Shown here: in pieces, positions 44,524 through 54,421 of the stretch
Layout of the letters: the number at the start of each line of letters is the position of its first letter
How positions within the stretch are numbered: the first letter of the stretch is position 1
Origin: Terriglobia bacterium
GTDB taxonomy: Bacteria; Acidobacteriota; Terriglobia; 20CM-2-55-15
DNA: 64,000 nucleotides
Direction of reading: 5' to 3'
Assembly: GCA_965247425.1 (NCBI GenBank)
Contig: OZ252023.1
Location: forward strand, 651,892 to 715,891
Position numbers and translations under genes: made by a program
Notes under the pieces: model-generated
Database searches by the model: none
Told to the model about the DNA's origin: nothing
What the model saw: only the letters and a program-made list of their open reading frames with translations

Positions 44524-45369
44524 GTGGTTGACCGCGACAGGAGGCCAAAGATGACTTCATGCGTTTTTCGTACCATGATCATAGCCGTCTGCGTAGTGGC
44601 GACAGCTGCCGTGCTCGGTGCGCAGGGTTCGAAGTCCGCGACCCATCAGGGTCCGGAGCTAGAGCACTTTCTCAAGACTGCGAACATCACTCACTCGGAA
44701 AACACCGATCGCGGTGTCACGCAATCAAGGAAAGTGACGCTTGAACAGGATTCGTTGACGAATTTCGCGATTTTCAAAACTATCGATGTGTTCCGGGCTG
44801 GGCGGATAACGCTGCGTAACGGTGCTACGGACGTCGATTTCCAGGACAGTTGGAAGACGGAAGTCGCGGCATACGAACTCGACAAAATGATCGGTCTGGG
44901 GATGGTTCCGGCTACGGTCGAGCGTCGCCTCGGTCGCGACCGAGGATCGATGCAGTGGTGGGTCGAAAACGCGATGACCGAGCGAGACCGTATCGGAGAG
45001 GGCATCCCACCGCCCGATCCGGTGGGGTGGACCGAGCAGACGTACACAACCTGGTTGTTCGACAACTTGATTTACAACGTGGACCGCAATCTGAACAACA
45101 TGCTGGTCACGGAGGACTGGCGGATCTACCTCATCGACCATTCTCGATCTTTCCGGAGTCTCCAAGAGTTGCAGCGCCCCATGCTTCGGTTCTCTAAATC
45201 GCTGCTGGATGCGATCGAGAAGCTTGACGAGCCCTCCCTAAAGGAACGGCTGGGACGCTACCTGACCACTTCCCAGATCCGCGCGCTCCTAGACCGTCGT
45301 GATCTAATACTGGAACGGGCGCGTGACCGGATTGCCGAATCTGGCGCGGATAACGTGCTCTACAACTAG
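44524..45369 (+). CDS. secreted hypothetical protein; possible atypical kinase-like fold
   Basis: Signal peptide MTSCVFRTMIIAVCVVATAAVLGAQG. The catalytic-loop-like segment NMLVTEDWRIYLIDHSRSF is suggestive only. Confidence 0.4.
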   Translation: MVDRDRRPKMTSCVFRTMIIAVCVVATAAVLGAQGSKSATHQGPELEHFLKTANITHSENTDRGVTQSRKVTLEQDSLTNFAIFKTIDVFRAGRITLRNGATDVDFQDSWKTEVAAYELDKMIGLGMVPATVERRLGRDRGSMQWWVENAMTERDRIGEGIPPPDPVGWTEQTYTTWLFDNLIYNVDRNLNNMLVTEDWRIYLIDHSRSFRSLQELQRPMLRFSKSLLDAIEKLDEPSLKERLGRYLTTSQIRALLDRRDLILERARDRIAESGADNVLYN

Positions 45370-45525
45370 ATTCATTAAAAGTTCCTGACCTCAAGACGGC
45401 TCCGCTCGGCCGGCTCGGGAATGATCTTGGTCAGGGCTGCCTTGAAAGACCGCCGCGCCATCCAACTGTGCTGAATCGCAAATATGCCAAGCAGAGCCGC
45501 GTTGATCGCCAGCGCCTGCAGGAAG

Positions 45526-46316
45526 GGCACTGTCAATTTAACGAACTCAAGTCAACATGAGGCGAGTTGGTCGGAGATCAGGCTGCTGTCACCGCCGCCC
45601 AAACGTTTAAAGAGCGTTCCCGGAGCATTCGGTGATGCACCGACCTGAGTCGATGCCGACTAAGCCGGAATAGATTTTGAATGACGCCGTGAACATGCAA
45701 GAACAGCTGAGCTTGGTTGGGTGATTTGAAGCGTCGCATCTGACGCTCTCGTTGTCGGGTTGGCTGGTGTGACACTTCGGCCCGATTGTTCGCGTATCGG
45801 CTCGTGTCATGGGTCACCATGGGCATGACTTTTCGATGTGCGACACGGTAACTTCCCAGCTTGTCGGTCACGAGACGGAACGGTTCCTTCCGCTGACTCT
45901 TTAATAGTTTCCTAAAGAATCTTCGTGCCGCACGCCCGTCCCGACGGGGCTGCACGAGAATATCGATCACGTCACCATCTTGATCGACGGCACGCCAGAG
46001 ATACTGGAGCTCACCGTTGATGGTGACAAAGACTTCGTCCAGATACCATGTGTCGCCGAGACGCCCTTGACGACGTTTCAATTGGCGGGCGTACTGTGCT
46101 CCGAACTTGATGGACCACTGTCGGATCGTTTCATAGGTCACGTTCACACCACGCTCGACGAGAAGATCTTCTACTTCCCGAAAGCTCAGACGGAATCGAT
46201 AATAGAGCCAAACAGCATGACTGATGATTTCTGCTGGAAAGCGATGCCTGATATATCGGGATCGACGAGATTTCATCCCAGTATTGTGCCGCGCGGAGAG
46301 TTAACCTGACAATGCC
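45526..46316 (-). mobile_element. IS6-family element copy (791 bp), TIR GGCACTGTCAATTTAAC / GGCATTGTCAGGTTAAC
   Basis: Inverted repeats at both ends; intact transposase inside. Confidence 0.8.
45578..46276 (-). CDS. IS6 family transposase (232 aa, intact)
   Basis: MKSRRSRYIRHRFPAEIISHAVWLYYRF…DDE core; full length. Confidence 0.85.
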   Translation of the reverse strand: MKSRRSRYIRHRFPAEIISHAVWLYYRFRLSFREVEDLLVERGVNVTYETIRQWSIKFGAQYARQLKRRQGRLGDTWYLDEVFVTINGELQYLWRAVDQDGDVIDILVQPRRDGRAARRFFRKLLKSQRKEPFRLVTDKLGSYRVAHRKVMPMVTHDTSRYANNRAEVSHQPTRQRERQMRRFKSPNQAQLFLHVHGVIQNLFRLSRHRLRSVHHRMLRERSLNVWAAVTAA

Positions 46317-46378
46317 AACCGTGGTCGGCAACAAACGACCCCATTACGCTTTTCAGTTTCCCGAAACTTCACCACGTT

Positions 46379-46819
46379 GTGACGGTTGATCAAAATCTTT
46401 GCGACGCAGGATCAACAGTTCGTCTCAACGGAGACACGGGCTGGTTGCCACGACAGTGTCTCGGTACTGGCTGCCCGCTCGCCGGAGAGGTGTTTCTCTT
46501 GACAACCCCTTCCATAGAACCGCTTATCCGCCCCCAACACGACTTTCGCGTAACGCTGACCGACCGCGCTCATCCCATCCTCAGCGGGCTGGACGATTTC
46601 AACATCTGGGACGAGCTGTATATGTTTGACAGTCTCCAGCCCGATCGCCATGTGTTGATGACCGCGGATTTTGAGGGAACTACCTATCCTATCGCCTGGA
46701 CCCGGCAGCATGGAAAGGGGAAGGTGTTCCACATGGCACTGGGGCACGGCGTCGAGGCCATCAGCAACCCACACTTTCAGCGTCTCGTCCACCAGGCAAT
46801 CGAATGGGCTCTGGAGTAA
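46379..46819 (+). pseudogene. ThuA-like (GATase1-like) protein, C-terminal ~120 aa; N-terminus removed by IS6
   Basis: …TYPIAWTRQHGKGKVFHMALGHG…FQRLVHQAIEWAL is the ThuA C-terminal signature. It starts right after the IS6 TIR. Confidence 0.5.
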
Positions 46820-46890
46820 GGATCGTGGTACGGCCGTAGCAGGAGTAGCTCCTCCAAAGCTCACCCTTCAACTGACGGAGGCTGCTAGCG

Positions 46891-48444
46891 TCAACGCTCC
46901 GCAGGCGGGCGTGGAAACGTTCCGTCCCTCATCGCTGCGTGGTACGCGAAGCTCGCCATCACGACCGAATTGATCATCAGGTCCTTCGGCAGGAGTCGGT
47001 CGAAAACGTCCATGTTGAAATGGTGACTTCTGGCCCGATAGTCGATTCGGTCCTGCAGAAACTGGAACCCAGGGAGCCCGGACTTGATGAACGAGAGGTG
47101 GTCGGTTCCCGTGTTACTGAACTGGGAGATCGTTTCCATTTGAAACTCATTGAACGGTCTCATCCAGGCATCTAGTATGGGCGTGGCCTGGGTATTTCCT
47201 TGGATGTGCACGCCGCGGAACTGGCCGGTGCCGTTGTCCATATTGAAGTACACGGAAAAGCGCTCATAGTCGGGCGTGGTCCCCTCTTGCGGACTCCCGA
47301 AGTGATTCTTGATATAGCCCAGAGAACCCCTGTGACCCGTCTCCTCCTGACTCCACAGGGCCACACGAATCGTACGCCGCGGACGGGCGTCGATGGCCTG
47401 GAGTATGCGCATTGCTTCGAGCACGGCCGAAACCCCACTCGCGTTGTCGGTTGCTCCGGTCCCGGCGTGCCAGGAGTCCAGGTGCGCCCCGATCATCACC
47501 ACCTCGTCGGCTAGATCACTCCCCGGAATCTCGCCGATCACGTTGTACCCGCTCGGATCCGATTCGTCGAACGCGACCTGGACTTCGACGTCCATCGTCA
47601 CCTCGATCCCCCGTTCGAGAATCCTGTAGATGCGATTGTAGTGTTCGGTGGCAACGGCGAGAGTGGGAAGGACATTCTCGATCCCTGAGCGTGTCCTGTC
47701 GTTACGTGTCGTAGGATGTCCGGTTGCGAACACCGTTCCGTCGCTCCCGATACTCGCGTTCAGAACGACGGCTACCCCCTCCGACTTGTAGAACTCCTCT
47801 ACTTCGGCGGCGGAGATTCCCTCGCGCCTGAAGGTCGATTGCCCGGCCTGACCCCGTGCGTGGCGGTTGATGAGCAGGTCGGTTCCCTCTGTCTTGAACA
47901 CGCCGAGCGATTCCTCGGTATGCCGGAACGCGTCCTGAACGAAGCGGGGACTCGTCGGCATCGGCGGTGTGGCCAGCACGATCACGCCATCGAGACGACC
48001 GCGATATCGATCCAGATCTTCAGGGGTCCGGATCGGGGCACTCACAGCGTTCGCGGTGACCGGACCCTCCGTCCCGGGTGTCAGGGCAAGCGGGTACGCG
48101 ATCACCATCTGGTAGTCTGGCGCGTTCATATGAACGGAAACGCGCTGCACCTCCCACCCGACGGTCTCATCGCCCCATGGTTCCTTCTCAACCCTGGACA
48201 GCGCGAAATCCGTCATGCGGTCCATCGCCCACTCCTGGGCCTGGCGCATGTTAGGTGATCCGGTGAGACGTGGACCAATCACATCGGCCAGGTAGCCGGC
48301 GTTGTCCATAACCTGCGAGTTCTCGAATCCCTCACTGCGAATACGGTCGATCACATCCCAATAGACCGGTTCCTGCGCCCCGACGGCTGTGGGGACGAGA
48401 GAGAGAGCAACGACCATGATCATGCTCCGATAAGATTTCGTCAT
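46891..48444 (-). CDS. M28 family peptidase (aminopeptidase with PA domain), secreted
   Basis: Signal peptide. Zinc-ligand region VVMIGAHLDSWHAGTGATDNASGVSAVLEAMRIL and …YFNMDNGTG…. Confidence 0.8.
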   Translation of the reverse strand: MTKSYRSMIMVVALSLVPTAVGAQEPVYWDVIDRIRSEGFENSQVMDNAGYLADVIGPRLTGSPNMRQAQEWAMDRMTDFALSRVEKEPWGDETVGWEVQRVSVHMNAPDYQMVIAYPLALTPGTEGPVTANAVSAPIRTPEDLDRYRGRLDGVIVLATPPMPTSPRFVQDAFRHTEESLGVFKTEGTDLLINRHARGQAGQSTFRREGISAAEVEEFYKSEGVAVVLNASIGSDGTVFATGHPTTRNDRTRSGIENVLPTLAVATEHYNRIYRILERGIEVTMDVEVQVAFDESDPSGYNVIGEIPGSDLADEVVMIGAHLDSWHAGTGATDNASGVSAVLEAMRILQAIDARPRRTIRVALWSQEETGHRGSLGYIKNHFGSPQEGTTPDYERFSVYFNMDNGTGQFRGVHIQGNTQATPILDAWMRPFNEFQMETISQFSNTGTDHLSFIKSGLPGFQFLQDRIDYRARSHHFNMDVFDRLLPKDLMINSVVMASFAYHAAMRDGTFPRPPAER

Positions 48445-48576
48445 GAAATTCTGGCCCTCCTGAACTTGAAAACAATCCGCGATCTCTATTCCTGCCTGTA
48501 GACTTCAACGTTTGCGGCGTCCAGCTTGTGAATTTCGATTCCGATCAACTCTCCTGTTGTGTCTCGATCACGGCTG

Positions 48577-49989
48577 CTAAGGAGCCTGCCATCGGTTCCG
48601 CCGCAGCAGTTGTCCGCTTCCCGCCGTGGCGTGAAATTCGCCGTTCTCATACACGATCTCACCCCGACGGATCGTCACGACGGGCCAACCCGTGACTTCT
48701 CTTCCCGCATAGATCGAGTAGCCCCTGTTCGAGAACATGTCCTCGTCCCGGACCGTGCGAGCCTCGTCGGGATCCCAGAGTACGATGTCGGCGTCCGAGC
48801 CGACAGCGATCGTCCCCTTGCGGGGATAGAGGCCGAACAGGCGGGCAGGGTTGGTCGCGGTCACCGCAACGAACCGCTCCGCCGAGATCCGGCCGGTCAC
48901 TACGCCATCGGAAAACAACATGGGGCGCAGCATCTGCAGGTTGTCGATGCTGCCGTGGTCGGTGGCCACCACGTGGATAGACCCGTTGGCGATTCCCGTC
49001 CAGAGGGCGTCCTGATCGCGTGTGGTCCGTAGCGGCGGCTGGGTGCGAAAGCGCTCGCGATCGGGACGGTCCAAACTCTCCCGGGTGAAGTGCAGATAGA
49101 TAGCCCGGGTTTCGACCCACACCGGCAGACCCCGAGCCTGCGCCTGCTGCGCGACCCGCAGCGCCCCCTCCGCCGACAGGTGCACGATGTAGATCGGTGC
49201 GCCGGTGGCCTCGACCATGGCCACGGCCCGCTGGGTGGCGACGACCTCAGCGAGCGCCGGTCTGCTGTCCGGATAGTGCCGGAACGCAGTCCGACCCGCG
49301 GCGGCCAGCTTCTCGACGGCGCGTTCTACGATGGGCCCATCCTCGCAGTGAAACATCGTCAGAATGCCGGCCTCCCGTGCCGCGTCCAGTACCGCCAGGT
49401 AGCCGCGGACGTTGTCATCGAAATCGGGACTGGCCATGAAGACCTTGATGGTGGTCTGGCCGGTGTCGGCGCTCAAGGTAGCCAGCTCGTGCTGCTGGGC
49501 GTCCGGGTCGTCGATAACCGGATGGAGCATGAAGTCCGCGATCGCGTCCCGGCGGATCGACGGGACCTCGCCTTCGATGGCTCTGGCAAGGGTCTTCCGC
49601 ACCGGGGGGAACCCTCCGGTAAGGACCGGCGCCTGTTGGAACGGGAAGCTCGATATCGTCGTCAAGCCGCCCGCCAGGGCAGACCGAGAGCCGCTTTCAT
49701 AGGTGTCGACGGAGTTGTCGCGCACGTGCACGTGGGGATCGATGCCGCCGGGAATGACAAGCAGGCCCGTGGCATCCAGTTCGCGGGCGCCGGCGCCCGC
49801 TTCCAGGTTCTCGCCGATGTCGACGATGAGACCGCCGCGGGTGCGCACGTCGGCGGCATAGCGGCCTTCGGAGGTCACGATCGTGCCGCCGCGAATCACG
49901 GTCTCCGCGGGCTGCTGGCTCCAGGACGGAAGCGCGGTCCCGAGGACAACAAAGAAAACTGCCATATGGGTGCTCACGAGCCGACGCAT
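48577..49989 (-). CDS. cyclic amidohydrolase (dihydroorotase / hydantoinase / allantoinase superfamily), secreted
   Basis: Metal-binding GGIDPHVHV; amidohydrolase fold. The likely start is MRRLVSTHMAVFFVVLG (signal peptide) rather than the track start 50103. Confidence 0.7.
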   Translation of the reverse strand: MRRLVSTHMAVFFVVLGTALPSWSQQPAETVIRGGTIVTSEGRYAADVRTRGGLIVDIGENLEAGAGARELDATGLLVIPGGIDPHVHVRDNSVDTYESGSRSALAGGLTTISSFPFQQAPVLTGGFPPVRKTLARAIEGEVPSIRRDAIADFMLHPVIDDPDAQQHELATLSADTGQTTIKVFMASPDFDDNVRGYLAVLDAAREAGILTMFHCEDGPIVERAVEKLAAAGRTAFRHYPDSRPALAEVVATQRAVAMVEATGAPIYIVHLSAEGALRVAQQAQARGLPVWVETRAIYLHFTRESLDRPDRERFRTQPPLRTTRDQDALWTGIANGSIHVVATDHGSIDNLQMLRPMLFSDGVVTGRISAERFVAVTATNPARLFGLYPRKGTIAVGSDADIVLWDPDEARTVRDEDMFSNRGYSIYAGREVTGWPVVTIRRGEIVYENGEFHATAGSGQLLRRNRWQAP

Positions 49990-50540
49990 GGGGAAACCTC
50001 CGGGGATTGAGTCATTTCGGTGATAGTTCAACGTACCTTTTAGCGTCCTTGCCTGATTCGAGATCTTTTGCTTACTACTCCCAAATCTCGTGCCTCCCCG
50101 CACATCAGTCCAGATCTACTAACGTTCCTCACTGGCCCGGGGCGGCTGGTCGCTATGGAACATCCTGCGCGCTATTTTCCACGAGCCATCAGCCAGTTTC
50201 TCCAGAATCTGCAGGTTCAGGAAGCTCGGCTTCGCTGGCGATTGGCCCTTTCATCAACGAATGGGGCTGAGCGCTATGCTGACCGATCCAACCATCTATG
50301 TCCATCAAATCGGTGCTGGTCCGGATCCCAGCGCTCGGGAGGTGAATCCAGATGCCTGGTATGTCGCCATACGGAAGAGTGGATTTTCACGACGACCCCA
50401 CAAACAGGGGCCTCTCAGATCTACTTGTAGGGGGTATTTCAGGCATGTGACTGTTTGATTGCGTTTAACTCCCCCCTGCAGTTATAGTTGCCGAGATTTC
50501 TAGCATCTAATCCGACTGCCTCTAAAACATGCAACCTGGC

Positions 50541-50634
50541 ACGCAGCTTTGGCCACTATGAGATCCTCTCCCGCCTCGGCAAGGGCGGCATGGGCGAAGC
50601 ATGGAAAGCGAACGACACGAAACAGGGTCGCTAA
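50541..50634 (+). pseudogene. N-terminal fragment of a eukaryotic-type Ser/Thr protein kinase (G-loop only), stops after ~28 codons
   Basis: HYEILSRLGKGGMGEAWKANDTKQGR* is the kinase subdomain I glycine loop. Confidence 0.4.
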
Positions 50635-50686
50635 TGCTTCCTTTCGTCTAATCGCATGAGGCCAGAGCTCAAAGGAGTCGACCCGT

Positions 50687-52012
50687 ATGTCTGTCATCGC
50701 TTTGCTGCTGGTCCTGTCGGTCCAGCAGCTTCCTGAGCCCTTCGAAACCGAGTGGAACCGAGCCTTTCCAACGATCGTGGAGCGGCCGGCCGCCGCTACG
50801 CTGTCCATTCCGGCGGGATTCGAAGTGAGCGTATTCGCCGACGAGCTCTCAAACCCGCGCCATATGGCCCTCGCTCCGAACGGAGACGTCTTCGTCGCCG
50901 AGAGCCGCTCCGGTGAGATCCTGCTCCTCCGAGACGCGGACGGCGACGGCGTTGCAGAACGCCGCGAGACGTTCGCCACGGCGCTGGAGCGACCGTTCGG
51001 CATGGCGTTCCTCGATGGGTTCCTCTACGTCGGGAACAACGACGCCGTCGTGCGCTTCCCATACGTCCCGGGACAGCTTCGGGCGCAAGGAGCACCCGAG
51101 CACGTCGTGGACCTCCCGGTCGAAAGTGACGCGCTCGATCTCGAGACGGCGGAGCGCCTCGGCATCGACGTCAGCCGGACGCGGGCGGAGCGCCTCGGCA
51201 TCGACGACAGCCGGGTGGAGCAGATCGAGCGGTCCGATCACCCAACGCGTGGTTTCCGCCACTGGACGCGGAACCTGATCTTCGGACCGGACGGTCGGAA
51301 GATGTACGTCGCGGTGGGCTCCTCGACGAATGCCAAGCCCGGCACCGATCCCCGGAGGGCCGCGATCAGCGCATACAACGCGGATGGCTCAGGACATCGG
51401 GTATTCGCCGGGGGCCTACGAAACCCGGTGGCCATGGCGTTCTACCCGGAATCGAGCACTCTGTGGACCGTGGTGCACGAGCGAGACCACCTGGGGGATG
51501 AGCTCGCTCCCGATTTCGTGACATCAGTGGTGGACGGCGGCTTCTACGGCTGGCCGTATGCCTATATCGGTCCTAACCCCGAGCCGCTCCTCAACGGAGC
51601 GCGACCGGATCTTGTCGAGAAGACGATCGTTCCCGATGTGCTCCTCCCCGCCCACGCGGCCCCGATGGGATTGGCCTTCTACACCGGCGAGCAGTTTCCC
51701 GAAACGTACCACAACAGCGCGTTCGTTGCGCTGCACGGGTCCGTCAACCGCCCGTATCTCGTCGGGTACTCGGTCGTGCGCATCCCGTTCGAGAACGGAA
51801 AGCCGTCGGGCCCGCCGGAGGACTTTCTGACCGGATTCATCGTCAGGGACGACGAAACACGTTCGTTGTCCTCTTTCTCTTCCCCCGCTCCAGAGAAGGA
51901 GGTGTGGGGTCGCCCGGTCGATGTACTGCAGTCCGCGGACGGCTCACTGCTGGTCGCCGACGACGCGGGCAATCGGATCTTCCGTGTCTGGTACAGCGGT
52001 GACGGGAGGTGA
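50687..52012 (+). CDS. PQQ-dependent / soluble sugar dehydrogenase family beta-propeller protein (GSDH/YliI-like)
   Basis: Signal peptide. …GGFYGWPYAYIG… and other family motifs. Contains an internal 33-bp tandem duplication (ERLGIDVSRTRA/ERLGIDDSRVE). Confidence 0.65.
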   Translation: MSVIALLLVLSVQQLPEPFETEWNRAFPTIVERPAAATLSIPAGFEVSVFADELSNPRHMALAPNGDVFVAESRSGEILLLRDADGDGVAERRETFATALERPFGMAFLDGFLYVGNNDAVVRFPYVPGQLRAQGAPEHVVDLPVESDALDLETAERLGIDVSRTRAERLGIDDSRVEQIERSDHPTRGFRHWTRNLIFGPDGRKMYVAVGSSTNAKPGTDPRRAAISAYNADGSGHRVFAGGLRNPVAMAFYPESSTLWTVVHERDHLGDELAPDFVTSVVDGGFYGWPYAYIGPNPEPLLNGARPDLVEKTIVPDVLLPAHAAPMGLAFYTGEQFPETYHNSAFVALHGSVNRPYLVGYSVVRIPFENGKPSGPPEDFLTGFIVRDDETRSLSSFSSPAPEKEVWGRPVDVLQSADGSLLVADDAGNRIFRVWYSGDGR

Positions 52013-52453
52013 GGCTATGACTATCAGGCCAACTATCGGGCGGCCTGACCCAGAGTCGAAAAATCTATTCAGCAAGCTGCGACGACGTTGGAGTTGATGG
52101 CGTACCGGTCAGACCGGCGCGGGGAAAAGTCGACACATTTCCTGGTCCTTTTGAGGCCGTCAAACTGGTTGGCACCCCGTGCGCGAATTCCATCATGGCC
52201 CGGAACCAATGCGTTCCACTGCGATACACACCTAGCGGAAGTCCCTGCTCCGGTCCGCGTCCTTAGCAAAATCGCCCTCGCGCCAATCGCCCGACTAGCC
52301 GGCTACCAAGGCTACGACCGGTCGCGCTGGCTGCGTCCCTGACACGAGGCATGAAACAAGCATTGCGAGTCTTGCGGCCGACACGGGTTCAAAACGCGAA
52401 GCCCTGGCACTAGTCCGGTTACGGGGTTCTGATACGTCCGAGTGACAGTTTGA

Positions 52454-52696
52454 TTGCACTCACCCCTTCCTTCCGTAATACTTACCCTGCTTTACGGGGA
52501 TAGCTCAAAACATACGGAGCGCGGAGTGTCTCTAGCGGAAGGAAAACGGCTAGGCCCATACCAGATCGCCGACCAACTCGGCGCCGGTGGTATGGGAGAG
52601 GTGTATCGCGCGACGGACACCCCGACGGCCTGCGGCCGCGCGCGGGTTGACATAACACCCATACGACGACACTGTCAGTACTGCCATAGTCGTTAG
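52454..52696 (+). pseudogene. second Ser/Thr kinase N-terminal fragment ([24 protein letters not shown]…), kinase homology lost after ~30 codons
   Basis: Glycine-loop motif. The downstream sequence is non-kinase, and a solo MITE TIR lies ~90 bp further on. Confidence 0.4.
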
Positions 52697-52721
52697 ACCC
52701 TGCTTGTACTGCTTATCCGCG

Positions 52722-52753
52722 CGCGACCCTACAGACTTCCACCACGGGCTGCT
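52722..52753. repeat. solo copy of the 32-bp MITE terminal repeat (identical to 10303-10334)
   Basis: Exact match cgcgaccctacagacttccaccacgggctgct, plus 4 more shared bases on the inner side. Confidence 0.55.
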
Positions 52754-53384
52754 AGTCTAGCGGTGCCTTACCTTTCCCAAAAAAGCCTGCCGAGATGCCA
52801 GCAGCTGCCGACATATCGGCTCGGCGAGTGCTTGCGGAGTTTGCCCGCACCACCGCGATATTCCAACAACTCGTTTAATCATTTGTGGTTATGAGGCACT
52901 CGGCGGAGTGGCAGACGATCTGCCTTTACGGTCTCGGTGCGCCCCGATCCCAAATTAGCAAACTGGGACAAGCCGGCACCCTCAACGCGCGTCCCGGACA
53001 ATCCGACTTGAACCCGGAGACGGAAAGGCGAGACAAAGCAATGCGCAAACAGATCTCTCTACCGGCGAGCTATGACCTGACAACAGTCCGTTCGACCATC
53101 AATCTGATCCAAACACCTGTGGGTGGCGAATTGCTAATTCGTCGCATAAGTCCCGTGCATTCAGTTGACTCGTAGAATGTCGTGACAGCGGATCACGGCG
53201 CGCAAAAAGGGAAGTAGATGAGACGCATTCAGGCGGAAGCGCGGTCGTTCCCCGCTGTGGACTGAACCCCCAAAATGAGACGATTGTAGACAGATTTGTA
53301 GACGTCAAAGCACTCAACTTCCACAGACTTCAACAAGTTCGTGGCTGAGTCGGGCAAAGGTTTCAATCTAAAGCACCAAGGCAC

Positions 53385-53465
53385 CGGGGCTTTCAACAAA
53401 TTTCAACAAGTGCCGGAATCTGGTTCGGGATCAGGGGGTCGGAGGTTCAAATCCTCTCGCCCCGA
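53385..53465 (+). other. tRNA-like fragment (T-arm GGAGGTTCAAATCCTCT and acceptor 3' end intact; anticodon-like CTG; D-arm absent)
   Basis: Canonical T-loop TTCAAAT with a 5-bp stem and a 6/7-bp acceptor pairing. The 5' half is replaced by a TTCAACAA repeat. Probably an att-site remnant, not a functional tRNA. Confidence 0.3.
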
Positions 53466-53485
53466 TTAATAGAATCAACAAAATA

Positions 53486-53530
53486 CAGCCCGTTTCGGAA
53501 TTACTCCGAAACGGGCTGTAGACGTTTTTT
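53486..53530 (+). terminator. intrinsic-terminator-like hairpin (14-bp perfect stem CAGCCCGTTTCGGA / TCCGAAACGGGCTG, 5-nt loop) followed by a T6 run
   Basis: Read directly from sequence; the T-run tttttt follows within 6 nt. Confidence 0.5.
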
Positions 53531-53636
53531 GTAGACGAAATTTCCTCCAAGTTCCACCGACTTCCACAAGCAAGCGGTAATTTCGTAAGATGTCGCGGGA
53601 GACAACTGGATTTGAGAAGTCTTTTACGGTAAGCAG

Positions 53637-54421
53637 GGTTCTGTCAACTTACGGTGCGAAGGTCGGAAGCGTACCGAAGAGATGGGCGTCGATCAGGCAA
53701 CGGTGATCCCTTCCTAAGTCGCAAAAGAACGTGCCCGCAGCATGCGGTGATGAACCGCTTTGAGTCGGTGCCTGGCCAATCGGAAGAGATTCAGAACGAC
53801 GCCATGCACGGAAAGGAAGAGTTGAGCTTGTCGTGGCGACTTGAACTTCCTCATTTGCCGCTCCCGTTGTCGGGCCGGTTGGTGTGAGACTTCCGTTCGA
53901 TTGTTCGCGTATCGTTCGGTATCATGATTCACTGAAGGCATGATCGTGCGGAGCGCGGCGCCGTAACTCTTCAACTTGTCCGTGACCAGGCGAAACGGAA
54001 CCTTTCCCTGACCCTTCAAGAGCTTGAGAAAGAAGCGCTCCGCCGCGCGACTGTTACGCCGGGACTGGACGAGGATGTCGATCACATCACCGTCTTGATC
54101 AACCGCACGCCACAGATATTGCCGTTCACCGTTGATCGTCACGAAGACTTCGTCCAGAAACCATGTATCTCCGAGTCGACCCTGTTGTCGTTTCAGACGC
54201 TTGACACATTCGAGACCGAATTTCGCGCACCACCGGCGGATTGTCTCGTAGGACACAACGACACCTCGTTCGGCGAGCAGATCTTCCACATCTCGGAAGC
54301 TGATTCCAAATCTGTGGTACAGCCAGACTGCATGACTGATGATTTCGCGGTGCCCGTAATAGAGGGATTGGGTCGATTTCATAGAATCAGTCTGGCAGTC
54401 TGGGCCCAAGTTGACAATTCC
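53637..54421 (-). mobile_element. IS6-family element copy (785 bp), TIR GGTTCTGTCAACTTA
   Basis: TIRs at both ends, with an intact transposase inside. It is inserted into an IS3 remnant. Confidence 0.75.
53714..54382 (-). CDS. IS6 family transposase
   Basis: MKSTQSLYYGHREIISHAVWLYHRF… is full length. It lacks 3 codons (RFP) relative to its paralogs. Confidence 0.8.
   Translation of the reverse strand: MKSTQSLYYGHREIISHAVWLYHRFGISFRDVEDLLAERGVVVSYETIRRWCAKFGLECVKRLKRQQGRLGDTWFLDEVFVTINGERQYLWRAVDQDGDVIDILVQSRRNSRAAERFFLKLLKGQGKVPFRLVTDKLKSYGAALRTIMPSVNHDTERYANNRTEVSHQPARQRERQMRKFKSPRQAQLFLSVHGVVLNLFRLARHRLKAVHHRMLRARSFAT

Noticed and set aside
53385-53465. Possible functional tRNA-Gln(CUG)
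   Set aside because: The D-arm cannot be formed and the acceptor stem has a mismatch. It is treated as a tRNA-derived fragment only.
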